From positions 925 through 64,924 of the forward strand of contig JAJYGQ010000017.1 of the NCBI GenBank assembly GCA_021785065.1: a stretch of DNA of 64,000 bases, in the 5' to 3' direction. Origin of the DNA: a bacterium. Lineage in GTDB: Bacteria > Patescibacteriota > Minisyncoccia > Phycocordibacterales > JAKAEA01. Below, one piece after another: positions 19,312-29,600 of the stretch (position 1 is the first letter of the stretch; each line of letters begins with the position of its first letter). Below the pieces are notes generated by a model that was not told the origin of the DNA, did not search any database, and was given only the letters and a program-made list of their open reading frames with translations. Position numbers and translations under genes: made by a program.

Positions 19312-20544
19312 ATGAAGCGATCCAGAAGAATTTATCTTGATTATGCTGCTGCTACGCCGCTCGATAAGCGGGTGGCAAATGCTATGCGTCCTTATGCGTC
19401 GGATATTTTTGCCAATCCGTCATCTATTCATGAGGAGGGTGTGGTTGCGCGTCGAGTCGTAGATGCCGCGCGGACAAGTATTGCTCGATTGCTCAATATC
19501 CGTTCCGAAGAAATTATTTTTACGGCGAGTGGCACTGAAGCAGATAATTTGGCCATTCTCGGGGTGATACAAAAAGCGCGTGAGAAGGGTGTCGCTACGC
19601 CGCACATTATTACTACGGTAATTGAGCACCCGGCTGTTTTTGAAGCGTGTCACGCGGCCGAGCAATGGGGGATACGCGTTACCTATTTGCCCGTTAATAC
19701 TGCTGGCGTTGTTGACCCTCAAGCAATTGCTCGGGCGCTTACGCCGGAAACGGTGTTGGTGTCGGTGCAATTAGCTAATAGCGAAATTGGCATTATCCAA
19801 TCTCTCCATAGTATTGCTACGGTGATCGCGGAATATAAAAAAAGCAGCGGCAATAACAATCACGCTCTTGGTGATCTTGGATATCCCTATTTCCATACCG
19901 ATGCGAGTCAGGCCCCTAATTATCTTGATGTTTCTTTTCAAAAATACGGCGTCGATATGATGACGCTTGATGCGGCAAAAATCTACGGTCCAAAGGGTAT
20001 TGGCTTGTTGGCAGTAAAACACCAAGTAGCGTTGGCGCCGCGCACGCTTGGTGGCGGGCAGGAGCGAGGATTGCGAGCGGGTACGGAAAACGTGCCGGCG
20101 ATCATTGGTTTCGCTGCTGCGTTATCGCTTGCGACAAAGTTGCGTGAAAGGGAGTATACTCGCTTAAGCGCTTTGCAAAAATATTTTATATACACTCTGA
20201 AAGAAACTTGGCCCGAAAACGTAATTATATTTAGTGATGATTGTCAGAAATATTTACCAAATAGTGTTACTATATGTGTTAGGAGTGGGGAAGAAGCAGA
20301 GCTTATGGTGGTGCGTCTGGATGCTTTGGGTATTGCCTGTTCCGCCGGTAGCGCTTGCACCAATCTCTCTACCGCCGCGTACTCGTATGTAATTGAGGCG
20401 CTTGATACTGCGGCGGCTACCGATTCTTCCCATCAGCCCGCTTGGCGAGATTGTAAAAGTTCCTCAATTCGCTTTAGTTTTGGCCGAAGAACCACCAAGA
20501 AAGACCTTGATTTGACATTAAGAGCTTTACGTTCTATAATTTAA
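19312..20544 (+). CDS. iscS: cysteine desulfurase (IscS/NifS family)
   Basis: IYLDYAAATP, EHPAV, HTDASQA, KIYGPKG, SAGSAC. Confidence 0.9.
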   Translation: MKRSRRIYLDYAAATPLDKRVANAMRPYASDIFANPSSIHEEGVVARRVVDAARTSIARLLNIRSEEIIFTASGTEADNLAILGVIQKAREKGVATPHIITTVIEHPAVFEACHAAEQWGIRVTYLPVNTAGVVDPQAIARALTPETVLVSVQLANSEIGIIQSLHSIATVIAEYKKSSGNNNHALGDLGYPYFHTDASQAPNYLDVSFQKYGVDMMTLDAAKIYGPKGIGLLAVKHQVALAPRTLGGGQERGLRAGTENVPAIIGFAAALSLATKLREREYTRLSALQKYFIYTLKETWPENVIIFSDDCQKYLPNSVTICVRSGEEAELMVVRLDALGIACSAGSACTNLSTAAYSYVIEALDTAAATDSSHQPAWRDCKSSSIRFSFGRRTTKKDLDLTLRALRSII

Positions 20545-20559
20545 ATTCTACTAAAAAGT

Positions 20560-23313
20560 ATGCCACCACTTAATCATTTCACTACTAAAGCAAAAGAGGC
20601 TATTCGCAAAGCTCATGAGCTGGCCATTGAACGTGGCCAAAACCACGTTAATCCGCTCCATCTATTGGCTGCCCTTATCTTGCAAGAAGAAAGCATGGTA
20701 AATGCTATTCTCGATAAGTTGGAGATTGATACGATTTTATTAACCGATTCGTTGATGGAATCTATTGAGGGGCCAGAAAGCGGCTCGACCCTCAATCCTT
20801 CATATCAAATTTATTTAACGCCAGATTTAGCTCAAGTCATTTCTGATTCAGAGCGCGTGGCCAAATCGCTCAACGATGAATTCATTTCTACTGAGCATAT
20901 GTTTGTTGCCGTTCTTGATGTTGCGGGCGCGGCGCGCGATCTCCTCGCTCGTTTTCGAATTTCTCGCGAGGCGGTGATAAAGGTGCTTGAAGAATTGCGC
21001 GCGAATAAAGTTACTGACGTGCACGCTCCTAAAAAGCCGAAAGCTCTGGCACGCTACACGCGCTCGCTTACTAAGATGGCTGCTGAAAATAAGCTTGATC
21101 CGGTCATTGGTCGCGATAATGAAATTACCCGCATCATCCAAATTCTCTCGCGCCGCACTAAAAATAATCCTATTTTAATTGGTGAGGCTGGGGTTGGTAA
21201 AACGGCTATTGCCGAAGGGTTGGCATTACGAATGGCTCAAGGTGATGTGCCCGAGTCGCTTAAAGATAAAGAGCTTGTGTCGCTCGATCTTGGTTCATTG
21301 GTGGCCGGTACAAAGTACCGCGGTGAATTTGAAGAGCGTTTAAAAAATATTTTAAAGGAAATCGAACGCTCGGCGGGCAAGGTTATTTTGTTTATCGATG
21401 AAATTCATACCATTGTGGGCGCGGGTGGTGCCGAGGGCGCGCTCGATGCCTCTAACATGTTAAAACCCGCTCTGGCTCGCGGTGAACTTCGAGCGATCGG
21501 AGCAACAACCATTAAAGAATATCAAAAGCATATTGAGAAAGATCTTGCCCTCACGCGTCGTTTCCAGCCAGTGCACGTGAACGAGCCGTCGCTTGAGGAC
21601 ACCATTGCTATTTTGCGTGGCTTGAAGGAAAAATATGAACTTTACCACGGCGTACGCATTACCGATGACGCTATCGTGGCGGCTGCTAATCTTTCATCGC
21701 GCTATATCACTGATCGCTATTTGCCCGACAAGGCCGTGGATCTTATCGACGAGTCCGCTTCTTTTTTGAAAATAACTCTCGAAGATATGCCGCCAGTTTT
21801 GCAGGAGACCCACGCCAAAATTATGCGTTTAGAAATCGAGCGTGAGGCGTTGAAAAAGGAAACCGGCAAAACCGCTAAAGAGCGAGTAAAAACCATTGAT
21901 CAAGAGATTGCTAATCTAAAAGAGCAAACGGCCGAAATAGAGCTGAAGTGGAAAAATGAAAAGGAAACACTCGGCGAAATTAAGAGAATTAAAAAAGAGC
22001 TTGAGACGTCTCGTCTTGAAGCGGAAAATGCCGAGGCGCACGCCGACCTCACCAAGGCCGCGGAAATTCGCTATGGCAAAATTCCTCAGCTTGAGAAAAA
22101 TATGGATACGAAATTGAAGCGTCTCAAGAAGTTGCAAAGCTCGCGTCGCATTCTCAAAGAGGAAATCACTCAGGAAGATGTGGCTGATGTAGTGTCGCGC
22201 TGGACGGGTATCCCGGTAACGCGCATGCTTGAAGGTGAAGCAGAAAAACTCAGTCGCATGGAAGAAGAACTTAAAAAGCGTATTGTTGGGCAAGACGATG
22301 CGGTACGTAAAATTGCCGACACGGTGAAACGTTCGCGCGCTGGCATCAGTGATCCCAATCGTCCTATCGGCTCATTTATTTTCTTGGGGCCAACAGGTGT
22401 GGGTAAAACCGAGCTCACCAAAGCGCTCGCTGAATTTATGTTTGATGATGAGAAGGCACTCATTCGCTTGGATATGTCGGAATTTATGGAAAAACACTCG
22501 GTGTCGAAACTAATTGGCGCGCCGGCCGGCTATGTTGGCTATGAAGAAGGCGGTAATTTTACTGAGCTCATTCGCCATCGTCCGTATTCTGTTATTTTGC
22601 TTGATGAAATAGAGAAAGCGCACCCGGAAGTGTTCAATGTATTACTGCAAGTATTAGATAATGGGCAGCTTACCGATGCCAAGGGGCGCCGGGTAAATTT
22701 TCGCAATACTATTATCATTATGACCTCAAACCTCGGAGCAAATTATATCGACAAAATGCAAAAGTTTGGTTTTGGCACTCTTGATCGAAACGCGGCTGGC
22801 AAAAAGCAAGAATCTTTTGTTGCGGACCGTGCTGATTACGAGCAAATTAAAGATCGGGTGATGGAATCGTTGCGTGAGTTTTTCCGCCCAGAATTTCTCA
22901 ATCGTATCGACGACACAATTATTTTTGACATTTTGAATCGCGAGGCGATTCGCAAAATTGTTGAGATCCAAGTTAACCTCGTGAAAGAGCGACTAGCCGC
23001 TAAAGAAATTACGCTCGATATTGTGCCAGAAGTATATGATTATCTTGCTCGCGAAGGGTACAATCCGCAATACGGTGCTCGCCCACTCAAGCGTCTCATT
23101 CAAAATAAAATTTTAACGCCGGTGGCTTCATTTATGATTTCTAAGGGGGTGATGCGCGGCGGGTCAGTTAAAATTAGTCTCAAAGACCCCACTTCTCAAG
23201 ATGGATCCGATTTTGTTTTTGATGTGAAGAAGGGAAGACGAGGTAGCTTATTGCGAGAAAGTCTTATCGATACCACCTTGTCGACGATTACGCCGGAAAG
23301 CGTAAAAAAATAA
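20560..23313 (+). CDS. clpB: ATP-dependent chaperone ClpB
   Basis: Two AAA+ modules (GEAGVGKT; GPTGVGKT) with long middle coiled coil. Confidence 0.95.
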   Translation: MPPLNHFTTKAKEAIRKAHELAIERGQNHVNPLHLLAALILQEESMVNAILDKLEIDTILLTDSLMESIEGPESGSTLNPSYQIYLTPDLAQVISDSERVAKSLNDEFISTEHMFVAVLDVAGAARDLLARFRISREAVIKVLEELRANKVTDVHAPKKPKALARYTRSLTKMAAENKLDPVIGRDNEITRIIQILSRRTKNNPILIGEAGVGKTAIAEGLALRMAQGDVPESLKDKELVSLDLGSLVAGTKYRGEFEERLKNILKEIERSAGKVILFIDEIHTIVGAGGAEGALDASNMLKPALARGELRAIGATTIKEYQKHIEKDLALTRRFQPVHVNEPSLEDTIAILRGLKEKYELYHGVRITDDAIVAAANLSSRYITDRYLPDKAVDLIDESASFLKITLEDMPPVLQETHAKIMRLEIEREALKKETGKTAKERVKTIDQEIANLKEQTAEIELKWKNEKETLGEIKRIKKELETSRLEAENAEAHADLTKAAEIRYGKIPQLEKNMDTKLKRLKKLQSSRRILKEEITQEDVADVVSRWTGIPVTRMLEGEAEKLSRMEEELKKRIVGQDDAVRKIADTVKRSRAGISDPNRPIGSFIFLGPTGVGKTELTKALAEFMFDDEKALIRLDMSEFMEKHSVSKLIGAPAGYVGYEEGGNFTELIRHRPYSVILLDEIEKAHPEVFNVLLQVLDNGQLTDAKGRRVNFRNTIIIMTSNLGANYIDKMQKFGFGTLDRNAAGKKQESFVADRADYEQIKDRVMESLREFFRPEFLNRIDDTIIFDILNREAIRKIVEIQVNLVKERLAAKEITLDIVPEVYDYLAREGYNPQYGARPLKRLIQNKILTPVASFMISKGVMRGGSVKISLKDPTSQDGSDFVFDVKKGRRGSLLRESLIDTTLSTITPESVKK

Positions 23314-23329
23314 AATTACTACACGCAAT

Positions 23330-23878
23330 TTATTGTGTGTTGGCGGCTCGAGCAACTGAAGCTACGGTGGTGGCGAGGGCAGCTCCTGAAGATAGATCAG
23401 CGGTATCTAGTGTGGGGTTCCAGAAAATATATTCAATATCGTGTTTCGCTGAGCGCCACGGGTGCTCGATGGGGCAGCCGGTCTTTTCGCTATTGCTGAT
23501 AGCGGTGTCGTGACCGATATAAAAACCGATGTGGCCGTGCATTTCGCCGCCGCCGAAATCAACTTTTTTCCACACAATGACACTGCCGACGGGCGGCTCG
23601 CTTTCTCCCGGTATCTCATGCCAGCCACTTTCTTGAAGATCTTTGATAGTGGAACCGACAGTGGCGTGCGATTTTTTTATTAATGCCAGGGCAGCGAGTA
23701 CCGAGGAAACAAAATAGGCGCAGGAAAGCTGGCCATCGCGGCCAACGTCAGTTTTAACACCGTCAACGAGAGCGTAAAAGTTGCGATACATTCGCGTACC
23801 GACGCTATTTTTTATAACGGCCAGGTAACTGTCGCGTAAGAGGAATTTGATTGAAGGCTGTTTTTGCATTCTATTCAT
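23330..23878 (-). CDS. NlpC/P60- or CHAP-like cysteine hydrolase
   Basis: LSCAYFVSSVL (Cys) and HGHIGFYIG (His); start reassigned to lie downstream of tRNA-Tyr. Confidence 0.6.
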   Translation of the reverse strand: MNRMQKQPSIKFLLRDSYLAVIKNSVGTRMYRNFYALVDGVKTDVGRDGQLSCAYFVSSVLAALALIKKSHATVGSTIKDLQESGWHEIPGESEPPVGSVIVWKKVDFGGGEMHGHIGFYIGHDTAISNSEKTGCPIEHPWRSAKHDIEYIFWNPTLDTADLSSGAALATTVASVARAANTQ

Positions 23879-23893
23879 TATACTACGTTTGGG

Positions 23894-23977
23894 TGCGCAG
23901 GGAGGGATTTGAACCCCCGTAGCCCGTAGGGCGCCTGATTTACAGTCAGGTGCAATTGACCACTCTGCCACCTGCGC
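23894..23977 (-). tRNA. tRNA-Tyr(GTA)
   Basis: GCGCAGG...CCTGA-CT-GTA-AA-TCAGG, long variable arm, GTTCAAATC. Confidence 0.93.
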
Positions 23978-24043
23978 GTTTATACCTACACAAGCTTGTA
24001 TTCTAGTCGCAAAAGCAGTTATAATCAAGTCTATTAAAATTCG

Positions 24044-24919
24044 ATGACCTACTGCTGGCTCAATGGAAAAATTTTACCCACCGAAGAGGCGAGCGTGAAC
24101 GTGCTCGATATTGGTCTTATGCGTGGCTACGCGATTTATGAAGCGTTGACCACGTACGGTGGCAAGCCCTTTATGTTGGCTGATCATTTGCGACGATTTC
24201 GCGCATCGGCCGAGGCGATGCGTCTTGTGGTGCCCGCGAACGATACTGAAATCATCACTGCTATCGCCGAGCTCATCAAGCGCAATGGTTTTAAAGAGAC
24301 GAATGTAAAATTTGTGCTCACGGGCGGCAAAACTATTGCTGGCATAGAATACGATAGTACTAAACCGGTTTTTTATATTCTCGCCGAAGAATTTGTGCCG
24401 GTGCCGGCGAGCGTGGTCACGCAAGGCTGCAAACTTATTACTCACGAGTTTCAGCGTCAGTATCCGGGCTACAAAACCGCCAATTATATTACCGGTGTGA
24501 TGATACAGCCGGCCCGCAAAGCCGCCGGTGCGCTCGAAGTGCTGTTTACCTGGCATGGCAAAATTTCAGAATGTGCCACGAGCAATTTCTTTATCGTGAA
24601 GAGTGGCACTCTCATAACGCCGGTCCACGACATTTTGTTTGGCATTACCCGCAAGGTCGTGTTGGATTTAGCCCGGAAAAATGGCATAGCGGTGGAAGAG
24701 CGAGATGTGGCCGTAGATGAATTGGCAACTGCTGATGAAGCGCTCATCAGTTCGAGCTTTAAAGAGGTGGTGCCGGTGGTGAAGATTGATGAAAAAACTA
24801 TTGGCGATGGCCGGGTTGGACCAGTTGCTAAGAAATTGGTAACTCTTTTTCGAGATTTTTCTCATGGTGGCGCTCTTGCTTCGGATCTCAAGGTTCCAGC
24901 GGCTGCCGTTACCTCATAA
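24044..24919 (+). CDS. aminotransferase class IV (branched-chain/D-amino acid)
   Basis: DIGLMRGYAIYE, KTANY, ECATSNFF, LFGITR. Confidence 0.9.
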   Translation: MTYCWLNGKILPTEEASVNVLDIGLMRGYAIYEALTTYGGKPFMLADHLRRFRASAEAMRLVVPANDTEIITAIAELIKRNGFKETNVKFVLTGGKTIAGIEYDSTKPVFYILAEEFVPVPASVVTQGCKLITHEFQRQYPGYKTANYITGVMIQPARKAAGALEVLFTWHGKISECATSNFFIVKSGTLITPVHDILFGITRKVVLDLARKNGIAVEERDVAVDELATADEALISSSFKEVVPVVKIDEKTIGDGRVGPVAKKLVTLFRDFSHGGALASDLKVPAAAVTS

Positions 24920-24974
24920 CTTGCTTTTTTCGCTCAAATATAGTATTTTTTTCTAACAATCAAATTTTACACGT

Positions 24975-25133
24975 ATGTCCCAAGACCGACTCATAAAACT
25001 TGCCTGCCAAACCTGCAAACGCATCAACTACTGGAGCAGCAAAAATAAGCGCAAAGTAGAGCGCAAAATCGAGCTCAAAAAGTACTGTGCCTGGTGCCGC
25101 AAAAAGACCACCCACAAGGAGACGAAGAAATAG
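24975..25133 (+). CDS. rpmG: 50S ribosomal protein L33 (Zn-binding type)
   Basis: Manual translation MSQDRLIKLACQTCKRINYWSSKNKRKVERKIELKKYCAWCRKKTTHKETKK. Confidence 0.95.
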   Translation: MSQDRLIKLACQTCKRINYWSSKNKRKVERKIELKKYCAWCRKKTTHKETKK

Positions 25134-25172
25134 TCGATTGTATTCTTGGCCGCGGCGTTCTATGATGCCGCT

Positions 25173-26351
25173 ATGGAGCCGCTCGCTTCTAAAATTAGAC
25201 CCGCCAAGCTAGCCGACTTTGTCGGTCAGGAACATTTAGTAGGAAAGGGCAAACCGCTGGCGCTTGCTATTACCGAGCAGCATCTTTTTTCTTTTATTTT
25301 GTGGGGGCCGCCAGGGACAGGGAAGACGACGTTGGCACGGATCTACGCCAATGCGCTTGATGCTCATCTCTACGAACTTTCAGCAGTGTCGGCGGGTAAG
25401 GAGGATGTGCGGACCATTGTCGAAGACCGTAGTATTTTGGATCAGCGGCCAAAAGTTCTTTTTCTCGACGAAATTCATCGTTTTAATAAAGCTCAGCAGG
25501 ATTTTCTTTTACCGTACGTGGAGAGCGGACGGCTCACGCTGGTTGGCGCGACCACTGAGAATCCAAGCTTCGAAGTTATTCCCGCGCTTCTCTCGCGCTG
25601 TCGCGTTTTCGTGCTCAATGAATTTTCGGAGGCGGAGATGGAGAAAATTATCACCCGTGCCGCGAAAAATTTAAAAGTGAAAATCGACAAGGCCGCGCGC
25701 GACTGGCTTGCCGGTATGGCTAACGGCGATGCTCGCCAAGCTATCACCGTTTTGGAAAACGCTCACCAGCTCTACGGCGCGACACTTTCTCTTGAAGCGC
25801 TCAAAGAAACCATTCAGAGTAAATTTTTACGTTTCGATAAAAAGGGTGAAGAACACTACAACGTGATCAGTGCGTTTATAAAAAGTATGCGGGCGAGCGA
25901 CGCCGATGCCGCGCTCTATTATCTCGCTCGCATGCTCGACGCCGGCGAAGATCCGAAATTTATCGCTCGGCGGATGGTGGTGTTTGCTTCGGAAGATATC
26001 GGCTTAGCTCAGCCCACGGCGCTCGTGGTGGCTAACGACGTATTTCGCGCGGTGGAAACTATCGGCTTGCCCGAGTGCGCTATTAATCTTGCCCATGGTG
26101 TCTCATATCTGGCTGGCGCGCCAAAAGATCGCCGCTCTTATGATGCCCTGCAAGCCGCCCAAGCTGACGTTAAAAAGTATGGCAACTTGCCGGTGCCGCT
26201 GCGCTTACACAACGCACCCACTAAGCTTATGGAGGAGCTTGGCTACCACGCGGGTTACGAGAAATACAGCGCGGAAAGCTACTTACCCGAAAAACTCGCC
26301 GCACTCGGCACAAAATATCTCAAGCGCGACAAAAAGAAAAACGAAAAATAA
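25173..26351 (+). CDS. rarA: replication-associated recombination protein A (RarA/MgsA)
   Basis: GPPGTGKT, DEIHRFNKAQQD, GATTENPSF, SAFIKS.R.SD. Confidence 0.95.
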   Translation: MEPLASKIRPAKLADFVGQEHLVGKGKPLALAITEQHLFSFILWGPPGTGKTTLARIYANALDAHLYELSAVSAGKEDVRTIVEDRSILDQRPKVLFLDEIHRFNKAQQDFLLPYVESGRLTLVGATTENPSFEVIPALLSRCRVFVLNEFSEAEMEKIITRAAKNLKVKIDKAARDWLAGMANGDARQAITVLENAHQLYGATLSLEALKETIQSKFLRFDKKGEEHYNVISAFIKSMRASDADAALYYLARMLDAGEDPKFIARRMVVFASEDIGLAQPTALVVANDVFRAVETIGLPECAINLAHGVSYLAGAPKDRRSYDALQAAQADVKKYGNLPVPLRLHNAPTKLMEELGYHAGYEKYSAESYLPEKLAALGTKYLKRDKKKNEK

Positions 26352-26406
26352 AAAAGCAAGTTTTTCAAAACCGCCCTTCTCTGGTACTATGAATTCTGTT
26401 CAGTCT

Positions 26407-26478
26407 GGGCCTATAGTTTCAATGGTAAAACAGCGGTCTCCAAAACCGTAGTTCCCCGTTCGAGTCGGGGTGGGCCCG
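26407..26478 (+). tRNA. tRNA-Trp(CCA)
   Basis: GGGCCTA...GCGGT-CT-CCA-AA-ACCGT...GTTCGAGTC. Confidence 0.92.
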
Positions 26479-26560
26479 CAGCGAGGCGTTACTAGAAAGC
26501 GGCTGGAACCGCATTTACCGTGATATACTCTTATAATAAGATTTATTCACATATTACCAC

Positions 26561-26605
26561 ACTGTTCCAGACAGCCCGCCAGCTCGTGCGTAGCACGAAA
26601 GGTGT
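26561..26605. repeat. 45-nt structured direct repeat, copy 1
   Basis: ACTGTTCCAGACAGCCCGCCAGCTCGTGCGTAGCACGAAAGGTGT; 38/45 identical to 31376-31420. Confidence 0.9.
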
Positions 26606-26684
26606 CAAGCCAATGACTTTTTAACTCTGGATAGACTGATAGCGGGTTACGCAGACCAGGGCCTGTATGTGTATAATGTAAAAT

Positions 26685-29600
26685 ATGGAATCTCCAGAAA
26701 AACCTTCTTCAGCAGATAATCTAAAAGATGAAGTATCCCAGGTTGAACAAGACAAGGAGATAGATAAAAAAAGTCTGGAACTTTCTCCTACGAGTGGGCA
26801 ACTAATTGGTAAGGAAGTTATAAAGCATGAATATGCCCGCGCAGATTGGAAAAACAGGCGAGAATTGTCGGATACTTTTCGTACGGGGACCGATGTGATT
26901 GATAGATTAGTGCAGGAGTATTTGGACCTGCATCCTGAGGCGAAATCAGAGGACATCGAAACAGCTAAGAAAAAAGAAACTGGCTTTGTTACTGTCTACT
27001 ATTCTCCCAAGGTGCAATCGTATCTTGAGGAAAAGTTACGAGTATCGTTGCCACCTAGTAACTGGGTACCATTCCCAATTCTTGTTGAAAAGCTGGGTAT
27101 TTCTGCTCCTACTGTTGTCAAATTAGTGAATGCTTATTCTAAAGATTTTCCGAAGATTGCTCAGACAGAAACCGGTACATACAAAGAAGAGAAGGGGCAT
27201 AGGCGGTTATTTTATTCACCTCTATTTGCTGAGTTGCTAAAAAAAGAGTTTGATAAATACCCGGCCGCACCTCAGAATTGGAAGACCCAGATGCAAATGG
27301 CCTCTGAAGAGGGTGTTGATTTCGCACGCCTAGATAAATTTTTAAAAGAGTATTCCATGCAACATTCCCAGGAAGAACATAAGGGTATGTTTCGAAATGG
27401 GCGCAATCAAGTATATGAGCATTATTCACCGCAGGTAGCTGCGTATATACATCAAGAATTACAACGGTACGAAGACACCCCTGAAGGATGGATAAATAGA
27501 AACAAACTCGCTAAAAGACTCAATGTTGTCGATGCGACCGTCCAAAGAATTATCGATAGCTACCTAGCAACCCACCCTAATTCGAAGGATGTTAAAAAAG
27601 CAAAGAGTGATAGGGGGCTGGTTCTTAATGTTTTCTCGCCCGTTATCCAAGAATATGTCGCGGCTACACTGGCTGCTTCTTTAGAAAGTCGCAATAAAGA
27701 GAAAGAACCAGAACCTTCCGCGCCAGAAGACTGGAAGATGGTCAGTGATATTGCAAGTGAGTTAAAAGTAAGCAGAGACATAGTAACAAAAACCATCAAA
27801 GAATATTTTCAGACTCATTCTGAGGAAGGTAGTAAGAAAAAATATCCTGCGACAACTTCTTGGAAGACAGGAAGTATTGTTACTAGACCCGTTGTTCATT
27901 ATTCACCAGCTGTTGTTGATTATTGTCGAACGGTAATTGAAGGCTTAAAAAGCAATATGGCTCAAGAAGGATGGTTAACAGTAAGCGATCTTCAGGAAGT
28001 TCTCGGAATATCGTGGACGACTATAAATTCGTTAATAAAAAAATACCAGACACAAAGCACGGACCCCCAGCTCCCTAAGAGACGTAGAAATCCAAGGGGA
28101 AAGATGTGGAAATATTATCCACCGGTAGTTGTAGAATGGTTAAAAAACGAGGTGGCAAAACATCCCCGTGCACCTAAAGACTGGAAAATTCTTGGCGAGC
28201 TCTCAGAGCAATTTAGTGTCTCCCAGGATACTCTCCGGCGTTTAGTCGAAAGACAGGCAGCGTTAAATCCTGACAGTGTCGTGATCAAAGAACTCAGGAA
28301 TGATCGAGGTGTTGTGTGCACCTTTTACTCACCAGAGACCATATTGCAACTCAAACAGTCTCTTGAACAGCATACTAAAGGGAAAAGTGAGCTTGAGAAC
28401 AAGTTAACAGGTCTCCTTGCAAACCCTGAAAAGGAGGAAGGTCGCAAATTCCGTGAAATGCTCGGACTCTTCGGTCCTTCTAACTTTCTAGATATACTCT
28501 ATGTCTTGCATCCAGAGTTTAGGGATCTTCCGGTAGACCATGTTAAGGGGAAATTAACAGAATATCTTGGTAACTACCTGTTAACTGCTATACCATTTTC
28601 AGTAGATGCTCTCGAGAAAAACCTACCGTCCTTAAAACAGGAAAACCTAAGACGCGGTCTTGCCGAGGTTATAAAGGGTGATTGTCTCAATTTTTATTTG
28701 CTTGAAAAAAAGCAATCGCCTCTTAGGGATGATCTTGAGATATTTCAATTGTATTTTGACGATTTAACTTCAAGGACAGCGAATAACCAAAACCTCGACC
28801 TCAATCAAGTAGTAGCAGAAGTCAGGGAATATTATCAATCAGTTACAGGTTCGTGGGTGAAACCGACAAGGATCATTGAATCCCTAAGCGCTGATAGGCC
28901 GTTCCCCGACATTTATCAGCAAATTAATCGGCAGGAAATCAAAGATAAGAAACGTCTTCTTATTGCTGACGAAATGGGGGTAGGTAAAAGCGCTTCCGTT
29001 ATTCTTGCTAAAGAATCATTGGGAGTAAAAACCGCTCTTGCTGTAGTTCCTAGTAATGTTGTTGCTACATGGGAAAAATATCTTTCTGATACTGTTGGTG
29101 ATGATGGTCGACAGCTAGGCTATTTTAAGCCCGGCCAAGCACCGAGGGTGCTTACTATACGTAGCTCTGACGATCTTATGCGTCTTAACGATGGCTATGA
29201 TTACATTCTTATTTCACAAGAACGTTTGAATGATGCGAACGCTGAGGAGCTTCAAAAACTTGATTACGGAATGCTTATTGTAGATGAAGTCCATAAACTT
29301 AAAAATGTTCGTGATGGTAAGCGAGCAAATCATCTACTAAACCTAGCCGAAAAAATAGAAGGAGATGATAAGTACTTAGTAATGCTTTCGGGTACACCTG
29401 TGCCAAATAAAGTTGAAGATGTTGCAATGCTGCTTAAACTTTTGCATCCCGACCGTTTTGCCCAGGAAGATAGTAAGCGTCTCGTAAGCGCCATTTTGAA
29501 TGGCAGTATTGTCAATATACGTTCTTTGCTCATACCGCACATGCAGATGAAAGGCTTGGCTGAACACGTAGAAATGCCAAACCTTACAGAGGCTACCATT

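Noticed and set aside
23879-24028. N-terminal extension of the 232-aa ORF
   Set aside because: Runs through tRNA-Tyr; the true start is likely 23878.
26561-26605. Known riboswitch (e.g. ZTP, c-di-GMP) or CRISPR repeat
   Set aside because: Lacks the consensus elements I can recall; only two copies 4.8 kb apart.
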